From the NCBI GenBank assembly GCA_003251635.1, contig QKEW01000001.1, positions 15,588 to 79,587 on the forward strand: a stretch of 64,000 bases of DNA. The letters run 5' to 3'. The position numbers were made by a program, and so were the translations under genes. The DNA is from a bacterium (GTDB lineage: Bacteria; Patescibacteriota; Minisyncoccia; Moranbacterales; GWC2-37-73). Below are positions 37,097 through 45,698 of the stretch, piece by piece (positions within the stretch are counted from its first letter, which is position 1; the number at the start of each line of letters is the position of its first letter). The notes beneath the pieces were generated by a model. It did no database searches. It saw only the letters and a program-made list of their open reading frames with translations, and was not told where the DNA came from.

Positions 37097-38134
37097 ATGA
37101 AAAAGAAAACTTTGTTTTCAATCATAGTTTTAAGTTTAGTCTTTGTGGCTGCCAGTATAACTAAAGTTCAGGCTGGTGTGTCGCATAATTCTTCTGGTTG
37201 GCTTTTGGGCGCCAGTGATGATGGCGCTGGCAATCCGATTAACATTGGCTGGATTAGCATGAATAGTCTCAATTGTGATGTGGATGGGGATGGAGTTTAT
37301 ACTGGATCGACCGAAGGGGCACCCGTTGGTTGTCCAACTTCAGGCCTAGTGGCTAATGGATTCTCTGGTTGGGGCGTTAACATTCCGACTGATGGATCGC
37401 TAGCTTCAGGGTATGCTTGGAGTAGTGCTATTGGTTGGGTAAGTTTCAATCAAGCTGATTTATCAGGATGTCCAAGCGGAACATGTAGTGCTAGGATGGA
37501 ATCTGGATCATTAAAAGGTTGGGCTAGGATTATGAGTATCGTGCAGGCTGGGGCTAATGCTGGCGGTTGGAATGGCTGGATTTCTCTGAGTGGCACTAAT
37601 TATGGTATTACATACAATGACGTGAGCGGCGCACTTTCTGGCTTTGCTTGGTCAAATGAATTAGGTTGGATTGATTTTAGTGGAGCCAAAATTACTCCCC
37701 CTCCTACCGTTTCACTTTCGGCCAGTCCAATGACTATCAATGTGGATAATATTTCTACTTTTCCGTGGTCTGAGAATATTGATTTGACCTGGACGGTTTC
37801 TGGGGCTACAAGTTGCAGCACGACGAGTGATAATGGAACTTGGAACAATGTCAGTGTTGATGCGACAGATGGGTCGTACACAGATTCAGCTTCAGTTGAC
37901 TCGTCTATGCCTACGGTTAAATTTACTATTAGCTGCAAAGGACCAGGTGATTTGACGGTGGCCAGTCAGGATGTGACAACTGTTTGCTACGAACACGTTT
38001 GCGGAAGTGACGTTTGCAGTGCTGTTGGAAAATTTGGAATTCCAAGTTCTTCATCTTGTACTACTCAAAGTTGTGAAAATGATAGTGAATGCCAAGGAAT
38101 ATCTGCTGGCAACTGGAGAGAGGTTTCCCCGTAG
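37097..38134 (+). CDS. Secreted protein with internal G(Y/F)AWS...GW(I/V)(S/D)F repeats and a Cys-rich C-terminus
   Basis: Signal peptide MKKKTLFSIIVLSLVFVAASITKVQA. Repeats GWISMNSL, GWVSFNQADLSGC, GWISLSG, GWIDFSG. 14 Cys in the C-terminal third. Shares GNPINIGW with the downstream paralogs. Confidence 0.5.
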   Translation: MKKKTLFSIIVLSLVFVAASITKVQAGVSHNSSGWLLGASDDGAGNPINIGWISMNSLNCDVDGDGVYTGSTEGAPVGCPTSGLVANGFSGWGVNIPTDGSLASGYAWSSAIGWVSFNQADLSGCPSGTCSARMESGSLKGWARIMSIVQAGANAGGWNGWISLSGTNYGITYNDVSGALSGFAWSNELGWIDFSGAKITPPPTVSLSASPMTINVDNISTFPWSENIDLTWTVSGATSCSTTSDNGTWNNVSVDATDGSYTDSASVDSSMPTVKFTISCKGPGDLTVASQDVTTVCYEHVCGSDVCSAVGKFGIPSSSSCTTQSCENDSECQGISAGNWREVSP

Positions 38135-38182
38135 TTTACGGAGAGTCGTTGTTTGATCTGATAAATTCATAGAAAGACTGAT

Positions 38183-38443
38183 ATGAAAAAAGAGGAGGTA
38201 AAAAAAATAATTATATCAATTTGGTTGGTTGCTATGTCTGTTTATTTTGTTAACGATATTTGGCAGGATTACAAAGTTAGAGGAATTAAAGAGGCTTATC
38301 AAAAAGGAATAGATGATATGGCCAGTCAAATTATTAATGAGGTGGAAAAAGGCTCCTGTGAATCTTTTGAAATCTCTGCTAATAATCAAAAAGTAACCAT
38401 TATGGGAGCGGAATGTTTGAGTCAGATAAATGAAAATAATTAA
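38183..38443 (+). CDS. Small membrane-anchored protein, hypothetical
   Basis: SD aagaggagg before the ATG. TM segment IIISIWLVAMSVYFV. 86 aa. Confidence 0.35.
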   Translation: MKKEEVKKIIISIWLVAMSVYFVNDIWQDYKVRGIKEAYQKGIDDMASQIINEVEKGSCESFEISANNQKVTIMGAECLSQINENN

Positions 38444-38495
38444 GTTTTGAAAAACTTAATATGGTTAAATAATTTTTTAAAAGAAACAAATTGAC

Positions 38496-38612
38496 ATGAA
38501 ACAAAAAACTCAAAAGTTTCTCAAAAAATCCTCCTATTGGCTGGGGATTATCATTTTTGGAGCCATCCTGGGCGTTTCTTTGCAGATAACCAAGGCGGCT
38601 TGGACTGAACCA
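38496..38612 (+). repeat. Direct repeat copy 1 (about 117 bp, near-identical to 39015-39131), the 5' coding cassette of paralog A
   Basis: Nucleotide comparison shows only a few synonymous differences. Similarity decays over the next 70 bp. Confidence 0.8.
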
Positions 38613-38996
38613 GGCACTAATCCGCCTGCTGGCAACATTGGAGCGCCAATTAACACTAGTTCGGTAACTCAGGTCAAGGGTGGTTCTCTGGGATTAACCG
38701 GAGATTTGATAGTTAATAGTAAGTCTATGTTTGGAACATCCACAATTGCCAGTAATTTGACTGCGCATGTAGGCGGTAATGTTGGTGCAGCCGCTTATTG
38801 TAATGAAGATGGAACTGTTTGCGTATCGCCGGGTTCCTTGGGAGGTGAAGTTAAGAAGCTTAATTGTGTTTGGTATGGTACCACTAGAACGACTACGATT
38901 TGTCCAGCTGGTAAGTATGTAGCGGGCACCTACATGGGTGTTGGAGGTGGTGGGGATGATCGATTGGAAAAGATTTATTGTTGCGATTTATTCTAA
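38496..38996 (+). CDS. Secreted/anchored surface protein, paralog A of a tandem pair (pilin-like architecture: conserved N-terminal hydrophobic helix, variable Cys-containing C-terminal domain)
   Basis: N-terminus MKQKTQKFLKKSSYWLGIIIFGAILGVSLQITKAAWTEP...NPPAGNIGAPIN is identical to paralog B over about 40 aa. Conserved AAYCNEDGTVCVSP. The C-terminus is divergent. Confidence 0.5.
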   Translation: MKQKTQKFLKKSSYWLGIIIFGAILGVSLQITKAAWTEPGTNPPAGNIGAPINTSSVTQVKGGSLGLTGDLIVNSKSMFGTSTIASNLTAHVGGNVGAAAYCNEDGTVCVSPGSLGGEVKKLNCVWYGTTRTTTICPAGKYVAGTYMGVGGGGDDRLEKIYCCDLF

Positions 38997-39014
38997 TTTT
39001 TAAAATAGGAAGAT

Positions 39015-39131
39015 ATGAAACAAAAAACTCAAAAGTTTCTCAAAAAATCCTCCTATTGGCTGGGGATAATCATTTTCGGAGCCATTTTGGGAGTTTCTCT
39101 GCAAATAACCAAGGCTGCTTGGACTGAGCCT
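39015..39131 (+). repeat. Direct repeat copy 2 of the 5' coding cassette
   Basis: See copy 1. Confidence 0.8.
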
Positions 39132-39602
39132 GAGCCAGGCATTAATCCGCCTGATGGCAATATTGGTGCTCCTATTAATATTAGCAGCATTGCTCAAAAC
39201 AAAGTTGGTTCTTTGACGACTACGGGTGGCTTGGGAACGGCTGGTTCACTATTTGTTGGGACTAAAGCCGGAATTGCTAATACTTCAATAAGTGGTGATT
39301 TAACATTGGATGTGGAAGGGAAAGTTGGAGCCACTGCCTATTGTGATCAGAATGGTGATAATTGTGTAACGCCAAATGTTCTGGGTGGAAATTTGATAAT
39401 CACTGATATGGGAAGAATTCCCACGGGAGATGTTGGCCCTGCTGGTCCGGTTGATTTGGGTGTTCATAGTTTTTGTTTTTTTTATGATTTAACTTTTAAT
39501 AGGGATGCTGCTCAATGTAGGCTTTATAAAAGTGGAGATAATTGGTATTTGCGTACTTACGAAAATGCCAGATGTGGTGCTTATTGCGCGGATTTTAACT
39601 AA
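39015..39602 (+). CDS. Secreted/anchored surface protein, paralog B of the tandem pair
   Basis: Same N-terminal 40 aa. Conserved ATAYCDQNGDNCVTP. Different C-terminal domain. 195 aa. Confidence 0.5.
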   Translation: MKQKTQKFLKKSSYWLGIIIFGAILGVSLQITKAAWTEPEPGINPPDGNIGAPINISSIAQNKVGSLTTTGGLGTAGSLFVGTKAGIANTSISGDLTLDVEGKVGATAYCDQNGDNCVTPNVLGGNLIITDMGRIPTGDVGPAGPVDLGVHSFCFFYDLTFNRDAAQCRLYKSGDNWYLRTYENARCGAYCADFN

Positions 39603-39626
39603 AATAGCCTTGTGTTTTTTTAAAAA

Positions 39627-39650
39627 GAGCCCGAAGCAGGGTTCTTTTTT
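39627..39650 (+). terminator. Intrinsic terminator after paralog B
   Basis: gagccc-gaagca-gggttc followed by tttttt. Confidence 0.5.
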
Positions 39651-39795
39651 GATTGATTTTGTGTCCAAAATATGGAATAATTAGAGTAGTTTTTTCTTGT
39701 CACATCACTTGATTTTTTTTGAATTTTGCTTTAAAATTAACCGAATCGATAATTTGTAAGTAGCTGGCTTCTTTTTTGTAAAATTTGAAATCAGC

Positions 39796-40977
39796 TTGAA
39801 AAATATGCGTATCGGAATTGATGCTCGAACGATTTTGAGCCCGGAAAAAAGCTATGCGATCGGCAGCGGTCACTATACCTACCAATTGATCCGCCATTTG
39901 CTTAAAATTGACCAGAAGAATGAATATGTCTTATTCTTTGATTTTCGAGTGCGGGAAAAAGATATCAAGAAGTTTACTCAATCCAACGTTAAGATAAAGT
40001 TTTACCCTTTTTCTGATTATAAGAAATATTTGCCAGCCATGTACAGTGAAATTTTGGGCTTGGCTACCTTGCAGAGAGAGAAATTGGATGTTTTGCATTC
40101 CACTTCTCAATTCAGTCGGATTCCTAGCGGTTATCGGGGGAAAACGGTGACAACTTTCAATGATTTGATTTCTTTTTGTGCGCCGCAATATCTGCCTTCG
40201 GCTAAAAAAATCAGAGACAAAGCCCTGACCAAATTTATGGCCAAAAAGACGGACAAGATCATTGTTAGTTCAAATTCTCTGAAAAATGAAATGGAAAGCT
40301 GTTTGGGGGTTAGTCAGGACAAGATAGAAATTGTTCCTAGTGGATTGGATCAGCGTTTTTTTGAGCAACCATTAGGTGACTCAGAAAAAGTTTTGGCCAA
40401 ATTCGGTATTGAGAAAAAATACATTTTATTTTTAGGAACTTTGGAGCCATCCAAAAACATTACCAGATTGTTACAGGCTTTTGCCAAGGTGAAAAATAAT
40501 TTTAAAGATAAGGGTCAAAAATTCAACTATCAATTGGTTCTAGCTGGCAAGAAAGGTTGGTTGGCCAATGAATATTTGCAAATAATTGATGATTTGGGCT
40601 TGAAAAAAGACGTCGTATTTACTGGTTATGTGATTGGCGATGAATTGGTGCCGCTTTTCCGTCGAGCTGAATTTTTTGTGATGCCTTCTTTGTATGAAGG
40701 TTTTGGTCTGACGGTTTTGGAAGCTTTTGCTACTCAAACTGCTTCGATAATTTCAGACATTCCGTCCTTGGCGGAGATTGCCCAAGGGGCAGCCGAGTTG
40801 GTAAATCCTTTGGATGTTGATTCTATTGTAGCTGGCATGGAAAAAATTATGCGGGACGAAAACTATAAAAATGTTTTGCGCCAAAAAGCCTTGAAAGTGG
40901 CCCAGGAATTCGATTGGCTCAAAACCGCCCAAAAGACACTGCAGGTGTATCAGAACCTTTTGGAAAGTAGCAAATAA
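39796..40977 (+). CDS. GT4-family (GT-B fold) glycosyltransferase
   Basis: C-terminal EGFGLTVLEA nucleotide-sugar-binding motif and an MRIGIDAR N-terminus. 393 aa. Confidence 0.8.
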   Translation: MKNMRIGIDARTILSPEKSYAIGSGHYTYQLIRHLLKIDQKNEYVLFFDFRVREKDIKKFTQSNVKIKFYPFSDYKKYLPAMYSEILGLATLQREKLDVLHSTSQFSRIPSGYRGKTVTTFNDLISFCAPQYLPSAKKIRDKALTKFMAKKTDKIIVSSNSLKNEMESCLGVSQDKIEIVPSGLDQRFFEQPLGDSEKVLAKFGIEKKYILFLGTLEPSKNITRLLQAFAKVKNNFKDKGQKFNYQLVLAGKKGWLANEYLQIIDDLGLKKDVVFTGYVIGDELVPLFRRAEFFVMPSLYEGFGLTVLEAFATQTASIISDIPSLAEIAQGAAELVNPLDVDSIVAGMEKIMRDENYKNVLRQKALKVAQEFDWLKTAQKTLQVYQNLLESSK

Positions 40978-40998
40978 ATTTAAACGAAAAATAAAACT

Positions 40999-43956
40999 AT
41001 GAGTTTTAGGAAAGTTGATCCTAGGCAAACTTTACCTCAAATGGAGGAGGAAGTTTTGAAGTTTTGGAATGAAAATAAGATTTTTGAAAAAAGTTTGGAG
41101 AATAGACAAGGCTCTTCCGAATTTAGTTTTTATGACGGGCCGCCTTTTGCTACGGGCACTCCTCATTATGGACACTTAGTGGCCAGCACCATGAAAGATG
41201 TGGTGCCTCGGTATTGGACAATGCGTGGTTATAGGGTTGAAAGAAAATGGGGTTGGGATTGTCATGGATTACCGATTGAAAATATCGTGGAAAAAGAATT
41301 AGGCTCCAAGACTAAAAAGGATATCGAAAAAATTGGAGTAAAAAAATTCAATGAAATTTGTCGAACCAAAGTTTTGACCTATGTGGATGAATGGGAAAAA
41401 GTGATTGGCCGACTTGGACGTTGGGCTGATATGAAAAATGCTTACCGAACCATGGATAAAGATTACATGGAGAGTGTTTGGTGGGTTTTCAAACAGCTTT
41501 GGGACAAAGGCTTGATCTATGAAGATTATCGTTCCATGCACATCTGTCCTCGTTGTGAGACGACTTTGTCTCAGCAGGAAGTTTCCGAGGGATACAAGGA
41601 TATTAAAGACCTGAGTGTTATTGCTGAGTTTGAATTGGTGGATGAACCGGGAACTTACGTTTTGGCTTGGACGACTACGCCCTGGACGTTGCCAGGCAAC
41701 GTGGCTTTGGCGGTAGGTGAAGATATTGATTATGTGAAAATCGAAAAGAAAGATGAGGGCATTGGAGAATTGGTTAGATTTATTCTTTCTAAAGATAGAA
41801 TAAATGAGATTTTAAAAGACGATGATTATAAAATTGTCAAAGAATTTAAGGGCAATGATTTAGTAGGTAAAAAATATAAGCCGCTATTTGATTTTTACGC
41901 TAAAGACGAAAAATTGGAGAACAGGGAAAATGGTTGGAAGATTTATGCCGGGGATTTTGTGACGACTGATGAGGGAACCGGGGTGGTGCATATTGCGCCG
42001 GCTTTCGGTGAAGATGATATGCGCCTGGGCAAAGAAAATAATTTGCCATTTGTGCAGCACGTGGCCATGGATGGAACTTTCAAAAAAGAAATGGGCGAGT
42101 TGGCCGGGCTTAACGTGAAGCCGATTGATAATCACCAAGCTACGGACGTGGAGATAATCAAATATTTAGCCAAAAACAAAGCGCTTTTTTCCAAGGAAAA
42201 ATATGAACATAGCTATCCGCATTGTTGGCGTTGCGATACTCCCTTGATTAACTATGCCACCACTTCTTGGTTTGTGGCTGTGACTAAAATAAAAGATCAA
42301 ATTTTGAAATTGGCTGAAAATATCAATTGGTTTCCCACTCACATCAAAGAGGGTCGTTTTGGTAAATGGTTGGAAGGAGCGCGCGATTGGTCAATTTCTC
42401 GCCAGCGCTTCTGGGCTAGTGTTATTCCGGTTTGGCGCTGCGAATGCGGAGAGTTGAAAGTTTTTGGTAGCGTGGCTGAGTTGGAAAAAATATCCGGTCA
42501 AAAAATATCTGATATTCACAAACACGTGGTTGACGAAATAACTTTCGAGTGTGAAAAATGCCAAAAAACAATGAAGCGGGTGCCGGATGTTTTGGATACC
42601 TGGTTTGATAGTGGTTCTATGCCTTACGCCCAAGCGCATTATCCGTTTGAGAATAAGGAAAAATTTGAACAGAGTTTCCCGGCTCAATTTATTGCGGAAG
42701 GTCAAGATCAAACCCGAGCCTGGTTTTATTATTTGCACACGATTTCCAGCGCTATTTTTGATAGCGAGGCTTTTAAGAATGTCATTGTCAACGGAATAGT
42801 TTTAGCTGAGGATGGCAAGAAAATGTCCAAACGTCTGAAGAATTATCCCGATGTCGGATTTATTTTTGAAAAGTATGGAGCGGATGCCTTGCGACTTTAT
42901 TTGATGAGTTCGCCGGTTGTTTCGGCTCAAAATTTGAACTTTTCCGAAAAAGAAGTGGCGGAATTTGTGCGCGGAACATTGCGAATGCTTTGGAATTCTT
43001 ATTCCTTTTTCATTCTTTATGCCAGGGTCGACGGTTTTGAGCCAACCAGGCAGAATGAAAAATCGGAAAATATTTTGGATCGCTGGATTTTGAGCGAACT
43101 CAACATTTTGATTGAACAGGTCAATCAAAATATGGAGAAATATGATCTGGCAACCACCTCCAGATTGTTTGCTCCCTTTGTGGATAATCTTTCCAATTGG
43201 TTTATTCGCCGCTCTCGTGATCGATTTTGGAAGCCGGCCGAAAAAGTGGTTGAAAATGAATCGCACCAAAAAACTTTCGATGGCGATAAGGAAAATGCTT
43301 ATCGAACTTTGCATGAAGTGTTGGTAAAATTGTCTCAGGTCATGGCCCCCTTCACGCCTTTTATTAGTGAAGAAATTTATAGAAATCTGACCAATGAGGA
43401 GTCGGTTCATTTGAGTGATTTTCCAGCGGTTAATTTGGACTGCGTGGATAATTCCTTGAGGGAAGAAATGAAGACGGTCCGTGAAATTGTTAGTCAGGGT
43501 CTGCAGCTTCGAGCTCAAAACAAAATCAAAGTTCGTCAACCTTTGCGATCAATTTCTATTAATCAAGAAAAAGAAAAATTGATAAACAGGGAAGAATATT
43601 TGCAGATAATCAAAGAGGAATTGAACCTAAAAGAGGTTGAATTTGTTTCTTTGGAAAATAATGCTGAAGAAATGGTTGTTTTGGACAGCGAAATAACTGT
43701 CGAGCTTCAGTTGGAAGGCATGGCTCGCGAAATTGTGCGCTTTGTTCAGGAAATGCGAAAGAAAGCTGACTATCAGGTGGAAAATCGTATTCGAATTTGG
43801 CATTTGGGCGGTGAAAAAGTTTTTGAAAAATTCGGAAGCTTGATTGCCAAGGAAACTTTAGCCACGGAAATAGTTTCCGGATTAATTGATGATTTTGATC
43901 AGCAAAAAGAAATTGACTTGGAGGGAGAAAAAATAACTTTGCAAATAAAAAAGTAA
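40999..43956 (+). CDS. ileS: Isoleucyl-tRNA synthetase
   Basis: HIGH-type PHYGH, GWDCHGLPIE signature and KMSKRL. 985 aa. Confidence 0.9.
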   Translation: MSFRKVDPRQTLPQMEEEVLKFWNENKIFEKSLENRQGSSEFSFYDGPPFATGTPHYGHLVASTMKDVVPRYWTMRGYRVERKWGWDCHGLPIENIVEKELGSKTKKDIEKIGVKKFNEICRTKVLTYVDEWEKVIGRLGRWADMKNAYRTMDKDYMESVWWVFKQLWDKGLIYEDYRSMHICPRCETTLSQQEVSEGYKDIKDLSVIAEFELVDEPGTYVLAWTTTPWTLPGNVALAVGEDIDYVKIEKKDEGIGELVRFILSKDRINEILKDDDYKIVKEFKGNDLVGKKYKPLFDFYAKDEKLENRENGWKIYAGDFVTTDEGTGVVHIAPAFGEDDMRLGKENNLPFVQHVAMDGTFKKEMGELAGLNVKPIDNHQATDVEIIKYLAKNKALFSKEKYEHSYPHCWRCDTPLINYATTSWFVAVTKIKDQILKLAENINWFPTHIKEGRFGKWLEGARDWSISRQRFWASVIPVWRCECGELKVFGSVAELEKISGQKISDIHKHVVDEITFECEKCQKTMKRVPDVLDTWFDSGSMPYAQAHYPFENKEKFEQSFPAQFIAEGQDQTRAWFYYLHTISSAIFDSEAFKNVIVNGIVLAEDGKKMSKRLKNYPDVGFIFEKYGADALRLYLMSSPVVSAQNLNFSEKEVAEFVRGTLRMLWNSYSFFILYARVDGFEPTRQNEKSENILDRWILSELNILIEQVNQNMEKYDLATTSRLFAPFVDNLSNWFIRRSRDRFWKPAEKVVENESHQKTFDGDKENAYRTLHEVLVKLSQVMAPFTPFISEEIYRNLTNEESVHLSDFPAVNLDCVDNSLREEMKTVREIVSQGLQLRAQNKIKVRQPLRSISINQEKEKLINREEYLQIIKEELNLKEVEFVSLENNAEEMVVLDSEITVELQLEGMAREIVRFVQEMRKKADYQVENRIRIWHLGGEKVFEKFGSLIAKETLATEIVSGLIDDFDQQKEIDLEGEKITLQIKK

Positions 43957-43963
43957 GCTGTTT

Positions 43964-44542
43964 TTGGAGAGATTTAATGAATATGCTACTATTAAGTTTA
44001 GATTTATAACTTTTGCAAAAATGGATTTAGCACAAATAAAAAAAACTTATCTGCTTGAATTGGAAAAAGAATTGAAAAAAGTGCCCGAGGGACTTCATTG
44101 GCGCGCGCCTGAATTTGAGGTGGTGCAAAAGAGTTGGTATTGGTATCTGCTCATGATGTTGTTTCTTTTGGGAATTGTGACTTATGCACTTTTTGTGGAT
44201 AGCCCGATAATGGCCATAACTTTCATTTTGGTTGGAATTGTCGGCTATCTGCATTTGCAAAAACAGCCAAGAATTTTGGATTTCAAGATCAGCGGCGAAG
44301 GCGTTCAAGCTGGTCGGGATTTTTATGATTTTGAAAATGTTGAATCTTTTTGGATTTTTTATCATCCGTCGGAGATTAAATCAATAAGTTTGAGAACCAA
44401 GAACTCGGTAATTCCTTTTGTGCACATTCCTTTGGGCGATCAAGATCCCGTAGTGGCCCGCGACTTCCTCACTCGTTTCTTGAAAGAAAAAAAACAGACG
44501 CCAAGCTTTGTGAATGCGCTTGAAAGACTTTTTCATGTTTGA
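43964..44542 (+). CDS. Hypothetical membrane protein (two TM helices; the start is probably the internal MDLAQIKK)
   Basis: Hydrophobic pair WYWYLLMMLFLLGIVTYALF and IMAITFILVGIVGYL. No motif recognised. Confidence 0.35.
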   Translation: MERFNEYATIKFRFITFAKMDLAQIKKTYLLELEKELKKVPEGLHWRAPEFEVVQKSWYWYLLMMLFLLGIVTYALFVDSPIMAITFILVGIVGYLHLQKQPRILDFKISGEGVQAGRDFYDFENVESFWIFYHPSEIKSISLRTKNSVIPFVHIPLGDQDPVVARDFLTRFLKEKKQTPSFVNALERLFHV

Positions 44543-44644
44543 TGCGGAATCCAGCGGTCGGGGGTTGCTTTTTTAAGGTTTTTGCGCTAGTTTAGTTAGG
44601 ATTGATTTGATGGAATTTATGGTTTAGCGGGTTTTGGGAAATTT

Positions 44645-44718
44645 GCTCTCGTAGCTCAGTGGATAGAGCGTCTGGTTGCGGTCCAGAAGGTCGTAGGTTC
44701 GACTCCTGCCGGGAGCAC
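44645..44718 (+). tRNA. tRNA-Arg (anticodon read as GCG)
   Basis: GCTCTCGTAGCTCAGTGGATAGAGCGTCTGGTTGCGGTCCAGAAGGTCGTAGGTTCGACTCCTGCCGGGAGCA folds as a cloverleaf with acceptor 7 bp, D-stem GCTC/GAGC, anticodon stem TCTGG/CCAGA with loop TTGCGGT, and T-loop TTCGACT. No encoded CCA. Confidence 0.7.
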
Positions 44719-44762
44719 AACAGAAATTATCTTATCAGATAAACTTTTTAAAAATAAAATAT

Positions 44763-45260
44763 ATGTTTGGAAAACTTTTTTCCGGGGCCATGGAAAAGCT
44801 TAAATCGGAAAAAGGCGCTGTGCCTGTTTCGCCTTCTCCCTTGGCTGAACCTGAAGTGAGGGCGGCAAATTTAAAAATACCGAAAGCAACCAAAGTTCCT
44901 GAGGGGGAAATTGATCTCCCGGTGGGAGATTTTATACTAAAAGGAGTTAAGGATAAAATAAAAATCCCAAACAGGGATGAGGTGTATCAAAAATATTTTT
45001 CTCACGACTCTTTCTTGCATGAGATATTTAAAATAAAAGAGTCTAATTTTACAGTAGAAAAAAATCCACAGCTTAATGAAAAAGGCTATTACTATCTTTT
45101 TGCCACAGTTTTAAAAATAAATCCAAACATTTCGCAGTTAAGAGAAGTTGCCGAGCAGGGTGGTTGGGTAGTAACTGAAGGAGCTAGATATTATCTGTTT
45201 GAAAAAGAGGTCGGACCGGAATATTTTGCCAAAAAATCTTCCAATGAAACGGTGCACTGA
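44763..45260 (+). CDS. Hypothetical protein
   Basis: 165-aa ORF. No motif recognised. Confidence 0.3.
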   Translation: MFGKLFSGAMEKLKSEKGAVPVSPSPLAEPEVRAANLKIPKATKVPEGEIDLPVGDFILKGVKDKIKIPNRDEVYQKYFSHDSFLHEIFKIKESNFTVEKNPQLNEKGYYYLFATVLKINPNISQLREVAEQGGWVVTEGARYYLFEKEVGPEYFAKKSSNETVH

Positions 45261-45350
45261 TCTGTCGATCGGATTTAAAAATCTTCAAAAATAAAAATAA
45301 TGTCAGCACGTCCGTACTTACGTCTGTCAGTACGTGAACTTGGGTGTGCA

Positions 45351-45391
45351 AAAAGAAAACCGGCCACGCGATGGTTGTCATCGGCGGCCGG
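45351..45391 (-). terminator. Strong GC-rich intrinsic terminator on the minus strand after the small basic protein gene
   Basis: ccggcc-a-cg-cgatg-gttgt-catcg-gc-ggccgg stem of about 13 bp. Read on the minus strand, it is followed by ttttcttttt. Confidence 0.5.
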
Positions 45392-45402
45392 CTTGTGTGT
45401 GC

Positions 45403-45534
45403 CTAACTGTATTTAATAGTTCTTCTTGCGAACTCTTCCTCACTCGTTTCTGGTGGTTGACTAAGTGTAAGATTTCTACCGGCTGATTTGTTGAAGCGAG
45501 GACCTTTTTGATTAAATTTTTTATTTTCTTTCAT
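45403..45534 (-). CDS. Small basic protein of 43 aa, hypothetical (MKENKKFNQKGPRFNKSAGRNLTLSQPPETSEEEFARRTIKYS)
   Basis: SD agggag 8 nt before this ATG on the minus strand. It has its own terminator. The ORF track's longer 60-aa version lacks an SD. Confidence 0.4.
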   Translation of the reverse strand: MKENKKFNQKGPRFNKSAGRNLTLSQPPETSEEEFARRTIKYS

Positions 45535-45583
45535 AAACACAACTCCCTTCTTTTTTACAGACGGCATGTTTATAAAGATAACC

Positions 45584-45605
45584 AAAAACCCGCCTTATGA
45601 GCGGG
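45584..45605 (-). terminator. Intrinsic terminator for comFC (minus strand)
   Basis: cccgc-cttatga-gcggg hairpin with a T-run on the minus strand (aaaaa on the plus strand at 45584-45588). Confidence 0.5.
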
Positions 45606-45698
45606 AACCCTATATATTTAAAAGGACCAAACTTTATCCCTTATCTTTCTATCTTAGCATATTTTGAGCCTTTTGGCAAGGGGCGCCAAATTTGAAAA

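Noticed and set aside
42802-43539. 245-aa minus-strand ORF inside ileS
   Set aside because: Antisense to ileS and low-complexity; a shadow ORF.
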